From a virus, in IMG/VR virus record IMGVR_UViG_3300033463_000200: 51,552 nt of DNA. One strand, 5' to 3'. Made by a program: the position numbers and the translations under genes. Below the pieces are notes generated by a model, which saw nothing but the letters and a program-made list of their open reading frames with translations, did no database searches and was not told the DNA's origin. This document shows, piece after piece, positions 1 to 11,782 of this stretch (position 1 is its first letter; every line of letters begins with the position of its first letter).

Positions 1-3000
1 TATTTGTACCAATAGCAGTATCCATATCATATGGTTCTGCTACTGCTTTTCGTCCTAAACCTGATATACTAGAAGGACTTCCGTGAAAACCAATAAATAA
101 GTTTTTTGCTCTGCTATCAACCATCAGAAAGAGTTCTGTGAATATATAATAGAAAATAAAACTATCGATTTCCGCGTAATTACCAAATTCTGCTTTAAAT
201 TTGGCTAATCTATAATCTGATGTATCTTTATCGTAAGTTACATCAACTCTATAAGTTCTTTCTTCATAATTAACTGCCCCTGTTGTAGGATCTATAACTT
301 CAACGTATTCTGTTCTTGTTCCAGGATATGTAACAGGAGTAGTAAGATTGTCGTTTGTAGCATCTTCTCTATATGTTGAATAAATAAAACTCTATAAAAT
401 TTGAAGTTTGCTATAATCAATCCATTCATCAGAAGGAAATCTTGCTTCGTAATCAAAACGCCATCTTTCTTTTGTTTCTCCTGTATCTGGATCAGTATAA
501 AGAGATTCATCAAAATAATCAGATAAGAATAACATAAGATTAGATGTATTATTTTGGAATTCCCAAGATTCATCATTACCTTCATATCCGTAAGGACCAG
601 GCGCACGTTTAGGAAGATTAAAATTATATTTTCCTAAAAATGATGTTAATCCTGTAGATGTATTATTCCAGAAAACAACAATAGGAAGTCCATCAATACC
701 CCAGCGGACTTTGTTATTTTGCTGCATCTCTGGAGTTTTATAAGGACATGAATCGTTATAAAGTCTGACAAGCTCTACGTTATTAGCTCCTTCGGAAGAA
801 GCTACATCAGCTTTTAATACGAATCTATTAAAAGGAATAACATTATTTTTTAAAGCATAATTACTAGCATGTTCTCCACTAGAAGTCATATCAAACCCAT
901 TTTTAAACTGTAAGTCATAATTTTTACGAACGTAGACTGCTGATGAAGTACCTTGAACATTAATTTGACATCCTGTAAATGTGAATGATTTTGATGGATT
1001 AACTGGATCAACATATGTTCCAGAGATAGTTTTTTTATCTCCTTTGTATTGCGGAAGCTATTCTGCATTTAAAATAAAATATGGCAAGTTTGTAGGTAAT
1101 TTTGAAATTACAATATTCCCATATTGATCAAATATATTATTTCTTGTATAACGGTCACGTTTAATAGTTCCTATTTGAGTATCCGCGATCCAATTATTTA
1201 AAATCTGATGATCAGTAAGATCGTTATCATATATTCTAATACAATAAATATCTATAGTACAATCATTTGAACCTATACTAATATTAACTGGATTAATTTG
1301 AGAGAAATCATCATTATCAGCATATTGTACAACGCCAGATGGAATACCATTTATAAATACATAAAGCAATCTATTTTCTGCTCTCTTTTCAGCAACAAAA
1401 GCAATTCTGACATGCTCATCTTCTTTGTACTGAGTTGATATTTGAGATTGCTAGGATTTAAGATATGCACTCTGTGATGTTAATTCAAAGCCGCGGTTAC
1501 CGCTCATGCACGACATAATGACTGCACTATAATCAATAACATTCCTAGTTGCAAATTCTATCTAAATTGTTTTTCCTGTTGTTCTAAAGTCTCTTTCAAA
1601 GGGTTTATATGGAATAGTAACTCTTGCATCTCCAGAGCAACGTAAAACTGAATTTTCGTCTTCATCTTTTACCCATCCATCTGAAGTAAAATTAAAACCG
1701 GTAAGAGTACATTCTATTGCATCTGCTCCATCTCCATAAATCCATTCTGTTGGAGGTGGAATTATATCACTATTATTTCTTCCTTGAGAAGAAAGATAAA
1801 GAACTAAATCTTGAGTTACTGCTTCGATATTTGCAGAAGATCCCTAGACTGTAAAATTAATTACTTTAGATACATTCCCACAAGCTATAACAAATGAAAC
1901 TGAACCGCTTTCTTCTGCAATAAAAGTATAAGTTTGTTCTGTTCTATCAACAGTTTGAACTGATACAATAGTCCCTCCTATGCTAATAGTAATATTAGCA
2001 TAGAAACTATTTGGATTATATACATAAAAAGGAATTGGAACAGAATCATATTGATTTACTGAAGTTTTATTAAATGAACTAGAGATAAGAACTCTATTAA
2101 CTCCAGGAACAATAGACATAAATTCATAATATAATTCATTTGATGTTACTGTACTACCATTTATAGTTGCAGTCAAGTAACATTTGAAAGTATGTGTATC
2201 ATGAGATTGCGCAGGAATAATAAAAGATTGTTGTTGATTTGATATATCTATTGTCTATGTTGCAATTTCAACTTCATCTAATATAAAGTGTACAATTTTT
2301 GTTGTTGCTCCAACTGGAATATATGTAAAAACGATATCTCCAGTAAAAGGAGTTGAAACATCAAAAGTAGAACGAATAGATAATTCAACTGATATTATTG
2401 TAAAGGCTATAATTCTTGAATTTCCATATATATCGGTTATTTGTATTTTAACAGTATTATTTCCACTTGTTAAATAAGGACCTACATTAACTTGTATTCC
2501 ACCTTGTTGGATATTTTGGGTGAGTTTTAAGGCTCCATTGGAAGTTACTGTCAAAGTTCCATCACCAGTTGGTTGGCTATCTTCTATCGAAGACCAAGTA
2601 AAACTTAAAATACAGTCATCTCCAGTTGAAATAGTTTTGGAGTTGAAGCCAGAGGTGTTTGTAACTGTAAGTTTTGCTTCATTACCTCCTCCTCCTCCGC
2701 CACCTCCTCCGCCACCACCACCAATACCGGTGATTTCAAAGAGGATGTTTTCGCCATGAGTAAAATAAGCCACTCCGTCTTCTACATATCCAGAATCTAC
2801 ATAATTATAGCTCTGGACATCTAATATATCAACATGATTAGATAAATCAGAATATTTATCTGGAATAGAATCTAAAACTTGATTACCTTTATCTTCTATA
2901 TCTTGTAAATATTCTTCAACAGACTAATCAGCTAAAATATTATGACTTGTATAATTACCTTGCTCATCTTTAAATTTGAGAGCACCAGGTTTTAAAACTA

Positions 3001-3007
3001 TAGGCAT
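1..3007 (-). CDS. Large tail fibre/structural protein, 3' end lies beyond the window start. ATG at 3007 follows an RBS (GGAGAAAAAGG). A single reading frame runs from 3007 to position 2 if the in-frame TAG codons at 2924, 2255, 1844, 1058 and 392 are read as sense. A poly-Gly linker (14 Gly) lies near 2680-2730.
   Basis: The ORF-track fragments 392..889, 1058..1369, 1844..2176 and 2255..2773 all share the frame of the 3007 ATG. The triplet-by-triplet scans that were done (2-391, 890-1057 and through to the ATG at 3007) found CTA (=TAG) as the only stop triplet; 1370-1843 was not scanned for additional stops. The poly-Gly tract is in frame. TAG-containing late-gene style. Confidence 0.6.
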
Positions 3008-3089
3008 CCTTTTTCTCCTTTCTTTAAAAATAATATATTCATATTTGATATTATTTTTTAGGAAATGATTTTATTTAATTTTGTCCTTA

Positions 3090-3575
3090 TTAAAATGCAC
3101 TTCTATTCTATTTTATATAAGCCATACCTAGACAAATTGCATCACTTTCATCATCATTTACTTCAATGTTATAAGTATTTTTAACTAAATCTTGGCTTGC
3201 TTTTTTAAGAGTATCGCGGCGGACACCTCTTCCGGTGCGGATCCCGCATATCTTCCGCCAATGACTAGATCCCATGAATTCTATATCGGGACCTCCGCGT
3301 TTCCAATTCTATAACACAACACCAGCTTGCAAATAAATTAATGCCTTATAAATTGTTTGATTATGTTTTACATCCTAAGGAAGAACTTCCTACATTACAA
3401 TTCTATTGGGTTTAAACTAGGCAATAATCTACATAATTTCATTTACCATGTTACAAATTCTTTTATTTTTATCTCCGCTATTTTCTTCTATACATTCATA
3501 ATGAATTAATTTTGTATCATCAAATACTGCGATACCACTACTTTTAGTGGATCCATCAATTGCTAACGTTTTCAT
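3090..3575 (-). CDS. ruvC: RuvC-like Holliday-junction resolvase (crossover junction endodeoxyribonuclease). 161 codons with 6 in-frame TAG.
   Basis: RBS AAGGAGGTAT precedes ATG at 3575. The N-terminus MKTLAIDGSTKSSGIAVFDD matches the RuvC catalytic Asp motif. The segment EIM(TAG)IIA(TAG)FKPNRIVM(TAG)EVL aligns with E. coli RuvC ..TQFQPDYFAIEQVF.., with TAG at the conserved Gln of the Q-F-x-P motif. TAA stop at 3090. Confidence 0.7.
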
Positions 3576-3714
3576 TCTATACCTCCTTATTCTAAGTCTA
3601 TTCTATCAAATTTTTTAAAACTTGTCAAGGTCATTTCTGTTTTGATTTACTGTAATTTTTTTAATATAAAATAGAGTAACTCATTTAATCTTGAAGAAAG
3701 GAGAAAATTTTTTA

Positions 3715-4578
3715 ATGAGTAATACAATAAAAAATCTAAGAGTGAAGAAAAATGAAACATCTCTTTCCTAGGTTGTTCCCATTGGTGCGGACGCGGTTAA
3801 TGTTGAAATGACCAACCGCCGCAATCTTCAATAGACAATAGGTAACATAGATAGTAGAACAGATGGGAGTATTACCAATAATTTAACCCTTCTTAGTTCT
3901 GCTATTGATGTTCTTGATAATATTAAGGCCGATACAACTATGATAGGATCTCCTCTTACTGCGGCAATCGCTTCAGAAATGATTGATCCAAATCATATCT
4001 ATATTTATACTGGTTCTGAGACAGGATATAATAATGGGCATTGGTATTATTACGATGGGACTGAATGGCAAGATGGTGGAGTTTATAATAGCTTTGCTCT
4101 TGAAACTGATAAAACTCTAAAAATTCAGGATACTGCGGCTGACGCTAAAGCAACTGGGGATATGATTAAAGTATCTGAGTCTCAGCCTAGCGCAAGTAGC
4201 AATAGGTTGTGGATTAATCCAGATGTTCAATAGATAGCAGTCCCTACTATGTAGGATTTTCAGGCTCTTGTTGATAGTGTTGCTAGTGAATATGATTCTA
4301 CTAGCACATATAGTTTAGCTGATTATTGTATATATGGTTATAGATTATATAAATGCAGTACTGAAATTACAACTGCGGAAGCCTGGAATATAAATCATTG
4401 GACTGCGGTAACTATTATGGATTAGAGTGGTTCTGGAGGACCTGGAGTTGGAAGTTTTTTATATTTTTATATAAATGAAAATGGAGATCTTATTCAAGAT
4501 TCTAATGAATATGTTGATGTAACTTTTTCAATAGATTAGAATGGAGATCTTATAGTATCAGGAGGTAGTGATATATGA
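3715..4578 (+). CDS. Tail fibre / baseplate-associated structural protein. 6 in-frame TAG, TGA stop.
   Basis: RBS AAAGGAG precedes ATG at 3715. A continuous frame runs through ORF 3940..4233 once TAG is read as sense. The stop overlaps the next start (ATGA). Confidence 0.55.
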
Positions 4579-6014
4579 ATTTAGGACATGTAACAGCGTA
4601 TGCGTACGCTAAAACAAAAGGTTACACTGGTACAGCCGATGAATTCGCTGAAATGATGGCGGGCCTCCCTCAGTATGCAACATAGGCTAGTGCTAGTGCG
4701 ATTGCAGCAGCGGAGTCCGCGACAACCGCTAGTAATAAAATTGATGCTGCTGATGCTCTTATTACAGCTGCAACTAATATTGAAAATCAAAGATTTGAAA
4801 AAAAATATACTGTAAGTAGTTCTACAAGTAGCTTTACTTTTGATCCAACTGGTTATACTTATACTAGTGGAGATAGATTTGAAGTTTATGTAGATGGAGC
4901 AAAATTAACTGATGATGCTTATAGTAATAGCAGTGCTACGATTACTTTAGGGACGGCTGTAAGTAGTGGTACTGTTGAGATTATTTGTTATAGAGATGTG
5001 ACTTTTAGTACAGATGCTACTCTTAGTATTCAAGGAGCGGCAGCTGATAGTAAAAAGACTGGGGATTAGATTTCTAATTTAAAGGATGATTTAAGTAATA
5101 TCGAAGGTATCAGTGATGATGTTAAAACCGCTTTATTGGCATGTTTTGAACATGTTGCGTGGATAGATGATGATGGACAGGATTATTATGATGCTCTTGA
5201 ATCTGCTATGAACCCAAAAACACTTTTGTCTATCAATGCTGTATTTACACAAGGGCAAAATGTTATATATGCTGATGACGATTTAGAAACATTAAGACAG
5301 TATCTTGTGGTTACTGCAAATTATGCAGATTCTACTTCCGCCGTGGTTCTAGGGTATGTCCTCTCTGGAACTTTAACAGAAGGAACAAGCACAATTACGG
5401 TCACATATGAAGGAAAAACTGATACGTTTACTGTTATTGTATCGGCGGCATATTGGGATTATAAATGGGATGCATCTAGTCACACTTTACCAAATGACAT
5501 GACGGCAGATTCCTATGATTTTACAACAGAATCAGGGGCTTTGTATGCAAAACAGCCCAATCTTGATTTTGGCGTGATGGGTTCCTATGAATTAGAAGTT
5601 ACTTGTAAGTTCCGTAATACATATGAATCTTCTGGTGATGTTTTTTATAGTGGAAACAATTCACAATTGCAAATACTATCAGAAGAAGTTTCAACTGGGG
5701 TATACCGTGGCATAAAACTAATAGCAAATTCTTCGCTAAATCCGGACAACCCTAAAACATACGCAGGGATTGCTGTTGGTATAAATGGAACTAATGCATA
5801 TATACCCGGCGTGAATGGATCTGAGTATCACACATACAATGTAAAATGCACAAATGGGGTTTATTCACTAAATATTGACGGCGATGCGATTTCATTGACG
5901 CAAAATAACAACACAACTCAGTATCTTGATTTTACTGGTATTGTATCAGCCGTTCTGACCAATGGAATCGCATATATGTTTATAAAATCAATAAAAATGA
6001 GGAGTGTTAGCTAA
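4575..6014 (+). CDS. Tail fibre protein. N-terminus MNLGHVTAYAYAKTKGYTGT. 2 in-frame TAG.
   Basis: ATG at 4575 overlaps the upstream TGA. The frame is continuous into ORF 5136..6014. The N-terminal motif is typical of Firmicutes-phage tail fibres (recognition from memory). TAA stop. Confidence 0.55.
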
Positions 6015-7072
6015 TGGGAAACATATACGATATCAATGGAAAAGTAATTATTCAGGAGGAAACTCTTGAAGATTTATTGCCTGATAGGTTGTTGATTTGG
6101 CACGATGAATTTGACCAGCCTACGATTGACCTGACTAAATGGAAGAATGTGTATGGCGATTATCGTGGATATAACTGGAACTCAGAAGACATTATGCGTA
6201 ATATATCCAGTGGCAAAGGAATGTCATTCTGGACTGCTAAAGACTATCCCAAAGAATACACGGATTTTAGCGGGGCATATATTTGCACGAATAATCTGTT
6301 TGAATTTCGATATGGACGAATTGAGGCAAAAATACGCTTCCCGTCTGCAACTCCACACCATACTACATTTTGGACGCTAGGAGCATGTGATGATGTAATC
6401 AGCACAGGAGAGGACACAAGATATGATGAATCCAAAGGCGTGAAGTTCCCTTCGTGCGGCGAAATTGATATTGCTGAATATGACAATGGAACTGTAGGTG
6501 CAAGAATGCACTGGGATTCAAATGGATTCGATCATGATAATGGATATGCGTCTGGTGGCAATGTAGCATCACTGACAAGTACGCCTTCAGACTGGCATAT
6601 TTATGCATGTGAATGGACAGAATCATCAATAAAATTTTATGTTGATGGTGTATTAAAAGGCACATGGGATACATCAAACGCAACAGTAAACGGCTGGAAT
6701 CCATTCAAGATTCCGCATTATCTTGTACTTGATTGTATTTCTGCGTTAAGCGGTACAATCAATTGGGATATTGCAAAAACAGATGTGAAATGGGTGCGTG
6801 TGTATGCTCCTGTCGGTGTGACTGAGTACATCAAAGAAACAGCTATATCCATTCCTGCAACGGCATCAATTTCTGTCGGACAAAGATACTACCTTGACCA
6901 GACTTTTACTCCTGCAAATCCATCTGACATGACGCTGAAATGGGAAAGTTATAATCCAGATATAGCAACGTGTTACGGGGGCATGGTCATAGGTGTGTCT
7001 GCTGGAACTGCAATTATAAAAGTCACGACAAGGCATAATTGTGTTGCATTTTGTAAAGTAACTGTTTCATAA
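6014..7072 (+). CDS. Glycoside hydrolase family 16 (laminarinase/beta-glucanase-like) with a C-terminal Big_2 Ig-like domain. Probable tail-associated glycanase.
   Basis: The GH16 catalytic motif E-I-D-I-A-E lies within CGEIDIAEYDNG, and LIWHDEFD is a GH16 N-terminal motif. The C-terminal segment ISIPATASISVGQRY...IIKVTT resembles a Big_2 domain. No TAG. The start overlaps the upstream TAA (TAATG). Confidence 0.75.
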   Translation: MGNIYDINGKVIIQEETLEDLLPDRLLIWHDEFDQPTIDLTKWKNVYGDYRGYNWNSEDIMRNISSGKGMSFWTAKDYPKEYTDFSGAYICTNNLFEFRYGRIEAKIRFPSATPHHTTFWTLGACDDVISTGEDTRYDESKGVKFPSCGEIDIAEYDNGTVGARMHWDSNGFDHDNGYASGGNVASLTSTPSDWHIYACEWTESSIKFYVDGVLKGTWDTSNATVNGWNPFKIPHYLVLDCISALSGTINWDIAKTDVKWVRVYAPVGVTEYIKETAISIPATASISVGQRYYLDQTFTPANPSDMTLKWESYNPDIATCYGGMVIGVSAGTAIIKVTTRHNCVAFCKVTVS

Positions 7073-7160
7073 ACTCTCTTAAAGGGGGCTTAAAATGAAT
7101 AACGTTACACATATAAAGATCTTTAATACGGTAATAAAACTGATAAGGTGGTGATAGAGA

Positions 7161-7403
7161 TGAGTTATACAAAACAAACTTGGCAACCCGGAGAAGTAAT
7201 TACCGCAGATAAATTGAATTATATATAGAATGGTATTGAAATGGCAACAGATAGTATAGAATATATTCAATTCTATATTGATAATAACGGTGATTTAATA
7301 TATGAATATGAAGGGGAACCAGTTGCTAAATTTAGAATTGAAGATGGAGATTTAATTCTTTATGAAATAGGTCATAACGTAATTATTGATTTAAACGAAT
7401 AAT
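7161..7403 (+). CDS. Short protein sharing the conserved tail-fibre N-terminal module (MSYTKQTWQPGEVITADKLN). 1 in-frame TAG.
   Basis: RBS AAGGTGGTGA precedes ATG at 7161. The first 20 residues are near-identical to the N-terminus of the 11060..11419 product. TAA stop at 7401. Confidence 0.4.
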
Positions 7404-7441
7404 CATAAGTAGAAAAAGGTAATGCTCTTTTCTATAATAAA

Positions 7442-7687
7442 AATCATACTGTTCTACAAGCTAATGGTGTTAGATACGTTTTAAATAGTATTGCAGAAAA
7501 AGCAGGAGTAGAAAATGTTCATCCTCATAGATTTAGGCGAACTTTCGCTAGTAAATTAGCTAAACGAGGTATGAAGATTGAAGAAATTCAAAATCTTCTT
7601 GGACATTCTAATATTGATACTACTACTACTTATGTTTATACGGAAGATGAAACGATACATAATTCTTATAAAAAATATATTACATAA
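7442..7687 (+). pseudogene. Tyrosine recombinase (integrase/XerCD family) C-terminal catalytic fragment only, 81 aa.
   Basis: The translation NHTVLQANGVRYVLNSIAEKAGVENVHPHRFRRTFASKLAKRGMKIEEIQNLLGHSNIDTTTTYVYTEDETIH carries the box II H-x-x-R, LLGH and catalytic Tyr motifs. No N-terminal part is present upstream; there are stops at 7401-7409 and 7439. Confidence 0.6.
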
Positions 7688-7866
7688 AGTTTGATACTTA
7701 CTTTCTTTTTGAAAGGACTTAAAAGTTAAATAACTATAAAATAAAAATTAAATAAAGAGAAAGATATATGCTTTTACTATAACAACAAGAAATAATCATA
7801 TATAAAGTTTTAAACTAAAAATAAATATAAGAGGTTGCTTTATAGTAAGAAAATATATTTTATAAG

Positions 7867-7969
7867 TAAAAAGTACAGTTATAAACCTATGGGAACATAG
7901 TGTTCGCTGTATTACCCAGCTTGGACTATCCACTTGGTAGTATAAGCAGCTTTATAACTGTACTTTTTA
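7867..7969. repeat. Perfect 19-bp inverted repeat (TAAAAAGTACAGTTATAAA / TTTATAACTGTACTTTTTA) flanking a 65-bp spacer, immediately upstream of the giant tail-fibre gene.
   Basis: Read directly: arms at 7867-7885 and 7951-7969. The spacer contains a small hairpin (CTATGGGAACATAG). Confidence 0.7.
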
Positions 7970-8010
7970 TTTTTATAAAGAAAAATGAGAAAGGAGGAAT
8001 CCTTTTAACA

Positions 8011-11000
8011 ATGAGTGATTTACTTAAAAAAGTAAAAGTTCAGAATAATGATGGTTCATACTCTAATCCAATAATGGTTTCAACAGATGGAGATTATATT
8101 TTTTGTTATAATGGTAAAACTCTTAATGAAACTTTAAGAGATATTTCTTCATCTTTATTAAATACAATAGATGGTTCTTTAACTTTTTATTATTTAGCTA
8201 CTTACTTGGAAAGAGGAGTAACTATAAATACTCCAGGTTGGACTACAACTATGCAACAAATGACTAATTAGAAACGATATTTATGGATGTATTGTTCTTA
8301 TCAAAAGACAAATGGAATCACTGAAAGAATTAGCCCTGTTATAATCGGGGTGCGCGGAGCCGATGGATAGAAAGGTGATACTGGAGATCCTGGTACATCA
8401 GGTCTGGTTATAAATGGTTCAACAGTGAGTTATGGAGTTTCTAGTAGTGATAGTATAGAACCTTCTAATTGGGGTAGTTCAATGCCTCCTCTATCTAAAG
8501 GAGATTGGCTATGGATTAAAACTACATACACTTATTCTAGTGGAAACCCTCAAGTTGTTTATAACAAAAGTTATGTTGGAACAGATGGATAGAATGGAAC
8601 TAGTGTATATGTACAAAGCAGTAGTAAAGTGGATGGAGTTACTACTGTAACTCTTACTGATGGAACTGTAATGACTATTGCAGATGGCTAGGAAGGAGAT
8701 CAAGGTATTCCCGGACAATCTGAATATGTTCATATAGCTTGGGCTACTGCGGCAGATGGTAGTACAGGATTTTCTACCTCGATTAGTGAAGGTAAGACAT
8801 ATATAGGTGTTTATAATGACCAGAATTCAAATGATTCTTTAGATCCTGGTGATTATAATTGGAGTAGGATAAAAGGTGCGGACGGCACTAATGGGCATGA
8901 TGGGACTGGAATCAATTCTACTGTAATTACATATGGAAAGTCTAATAGTAGTTCTATTGAACCTCAAGATTGGTTTAGTACGGTTCCTTTATTAAATCCA
9001 GGTTAGTGGTTATGGACAAAAACTGTATATACTTATACTAATGGTAATGATTACACTACATATAGTAAAAGTTATGTTGGAACTAATGGAGATGATGGAG
9101 CTGGAATAGTTTCCACTCAACCTCAGTATTATTTATCTATTTATCCAAATGATTTAGTTGGAGGAAATTGGGTAACAACTTTAAATTATGTACCTGGAAA
9201 ATATATATGGACTAGATAGTATTATACTTATGACGATGGTAGTGATTCAACATCCGTGCCTATATATGATGCGGCCCTCACTCAATCCTGCATTGACTCA
9301 CATTCCGCATTAGCAATAGCAGAGTCTACCAATCAATACTTCTGGCATTTTACAGAAGAGTTCTATCTTACTGAAGATACTACAGTAGATTCTAGTAAAG
9401 ATTATTATGAATTAATTGGAAGTATTTATACACTTGTAGTTCCTATAGGAAACTAGAATCCTTCTGAAGAAGGTTGGTATGAAGTTTTTTCTGATACTGG
9501 AGCTCATATTACAGAGATCCCGCAGGAGGATTTCATGGCAGATCCCGCAAATGCTGGTGGAAATCTTCTTGCTAGAAGTAATGGTATTGCTATTAGAGAT
9601 GGATTAAATGAATTAGCTACTTTTAGTGCTAATGGAATTGGTCTTTTTGATGGACAAGGAAATGCTTCTTCTAATGAATTAGCTGTTTTTGGTGTTAATG
9701 GTGCTAGAATTGGTAAAGAAGATTCTGCTAATTTTAATATAACTCCAGCTACTACTTTTGCTAAGGATGTAAATCGTGATAAAGTATTTGAAATATATTC
9801 TGGTGGAGATGAAGAAACTGCTGAATATTCAGAAAGATCCATCATTTATAGACCTTCTAACCCACAAACAACTAGTATTAATTTACAGAATCCTCGTTGT
9901 GTAGATGGAGAAAATATTAATATAAATATTAAAGTATATTTCTTTGCAAATGTTAATGCTAATAATACGTGTTCTATAATGTATACAGAACCTGATGTTG
10001 GAGAAACTCTTACAGTAACTGATTCTCTTACAATATATCATCCTATCAGTTCTGCATTAGATCAAGTAGATTTTACAATAACAGGAACTTTTAAACAACT
10101 TACGGTTGGAGATTATACTACTACGATAAATATTGAATGTAGTAATTTTAATGATGTATATAAAATTGAATATGAAATTAATTATACATCATACCGTTCA
10201 AAATCACCTTCTTATACTTTAGGCGTTAGAAATGTAGATGATCCTAAAGGCGATTATAGTATAGTAGAAGGCTATAATAATATAGCCAGTGGAAAATATT
10301 CTCATGCTGAAGGGAATAGAAATACAGCTAGTGGTAATAGTGCTCATGTTGAAGGTAATGTAAATACAGCTAGCGGTAGTTTTTCCCACGCTGAAGGAGA
10401 TTATACAAAAGCTTTAGGAGCAAGTTCTCACGCTGAAGGAGATGAGAGCCAAGCCACTGGACCTATTTCTCATGCAGAAGGCAATAGAACAATAGCATCT
10501 GGAGATGTTTCTCATGCAGAAGGAAATAATACTGAAGCTAGTGGTAAATATTCTCATGCAGGAGGAAATAATACTATAGCAGCTTCAACTGCTCAAACAG
10601 TAATTGGAAAATATAATGTTGAAGATGTAAATGATACATATGCTTTTATTATAGGGAATGGTACTGGAACTAGTTCAAGAACAAATGCATTTACAGTAGA
10701 TTGGAATGGGGTAGCAACAGCATCATCTCATGCTACACCATCTGATATTCGTTTAAAATAGAATATTTAGAATACTGATGTAAATGCTTTAGAAGTTATT
10801 AATAAAATAAAGATGCGGCAGTTCGATTGGAAAAGGACTGGGGAGCATCAAAAAATTGGATTTATCGCAGATGAACTCGAATAGATTGATTCTCGTATGG
10901 TAATTTAGAATGGATAGAATAGCTATAAATCAGTTGAATCATATTATCTTGTAGGTTATTTAGTTAAAGCTGTACAAGAATTATCTGCTGAAGTCGATAA

Positions 11001-11034
11001 ATTAAAGCAAGAAATTGAAACTTTAAAAAATTAA
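8011..11034 (+). CDS. Giant tail fibre protein (about 1007 aa). It has a collagen-like Gly-X-Y segment, Hep/Hag-like SHAEGxxTxASG repeats and a C-terminal Peptidase S74 intramolecular chaperone domain. There are about 18 in-frame TAG.
   Basis: RBS GAAAGGAGG precedes ATG at 8011. The frame is continuous with ORFs 7900..8271 and 9535..10761. GADG(TAG)KGDTGDPGTSG keeps the Gly-X-Y register. Repeats of the form YSHAEGNRNTASG occur several times. The C-terminus PSDIRLK...FDWKRTGEHQKIGFIADELE...VGYLVKAVQELSAEVDKLKQE matches the S74 chaperone domain. TAA stop at 11032. Confidence 0.7.
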
Positions 11035-11059
11035 TAATTTTTTTAAGGAGGAATAAATT

Positions 11060-11419
11060 ATGGCTTATACAAAACAAACATGGCAGAACGGTGATGTTAT
11101 TACAGCTGAGAAGCTCAACCATATGGAAGATGGGATTGCCAGTGGGGGGACACTGGTTATAGGATGTACAAACAACGATGGTAATATCGTTTTAGATAAA
11201 ACATGGCAAGAAATCAATAATTTTTATTTAAATGGCGGTTCTGCTGTAATAATTTTCCCTTATGACGAAACAGATACATATATTATGTCTGTTATAAGAG
11301 TTTATATAGATAATAATAATAGTTATAGAGTTATTGGTCTTACTGCTTCATATAATAATACAACAACTGTTTTTGTATTTCAAGCTGATTCGGCTAGCGG
11401 ATATCCATCTTATAGTTAA
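11060..11419 (+). CDS. Hypothetical structural protein with the conserved tail-fibre N-terminal module (MAYTKQTWQNGDVITAEKLNHMEDGI).
   Basis: RBS AAGGAGG precedes ATG. No TAG. Paralogous N-terminus to the 7161 gene. Confidence 0.45.
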   Translation: MAYTKQTWQNGDVITAEKLNHMEDGIASGGTLVIGCTNNDGNIVLDKTWQEINNFYLNGGSAVIIFPYDETDTYIMSVIRVYIDNNNSYRVIGLTASYNNTTTVFVFQADSASGYPSYS

Positions 11420-11570
11420 AATAGATTTTATAACGAACCCAAGGGACAATCGCTCGACTGTCTAAACTATTTTAATTCTATCATTAATAACAATAATTAT
11501 CAGCCATAACACAATAGTGGTATAAAATCCAAATAAAAAACACCAAAACCCACTTTAAAATTAGAAATAC

Positions 11571-11600
11571 GTAGGTCTGCGTGCCGCGCAGATCTACTGT
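11571..11600 (+). terminator. GC-rich hairpin (GTAGGTCTGCG..CGCAGATCTAC) followed by a T-rich tract.
   Basis: Inverted repeat read directly, downstream of the 11060..11419 gene. Confidence 0.4.
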
Positions 11601-11622
11601 TTCATTAAAGGAGTTCAATAAA

Positions 11623-11781
11623 ATGGAAACAGAGAATATAATTACCTATAAGTGGAATAATGGTGTATATAACTTATAGGATATGATCATATTAGTTAAA
11701 TATGAAAACCTTACACCAGAAGATTTTTTCAAAATCACTCGATATAATTATGATGCAGTAAAAGATAGAGTGGAGAGATAA
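11623..11781 (+). CDS. Small hypothetical protein (52 codons, 1 in-frame TAG).
   Basis: RBS AAAGGAG precedes ATG at 11623. TAA stop. Confidence 0.3.
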
Positions 11782-11782
11782 T

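Noticed and set aside
2520-2759. Plus-strand ORF encoding a poly-Pro tract, and the idea that the GGN run is an assembly artefact.
   Set aside because: It is the antisense of the in-frame poly-Gly linker of the minus-strand fibre gene. The repeat keeps the reading frame, so it is taken as a genuine Gly linker.
6147-6704. ORFs 6147..6380 (+), 6244..6486 (-) and 6399..6704 (-).
   Set aside because: They are nested inside the well-supported GH16 gene in other frames or on the other strand.
7442-7687. Functional integrase.
   Set aside because: Only the C-terminal 81 aa are present. Stop codons lie immediately upstream and no N-terminal or core-binding domains are found nearby.
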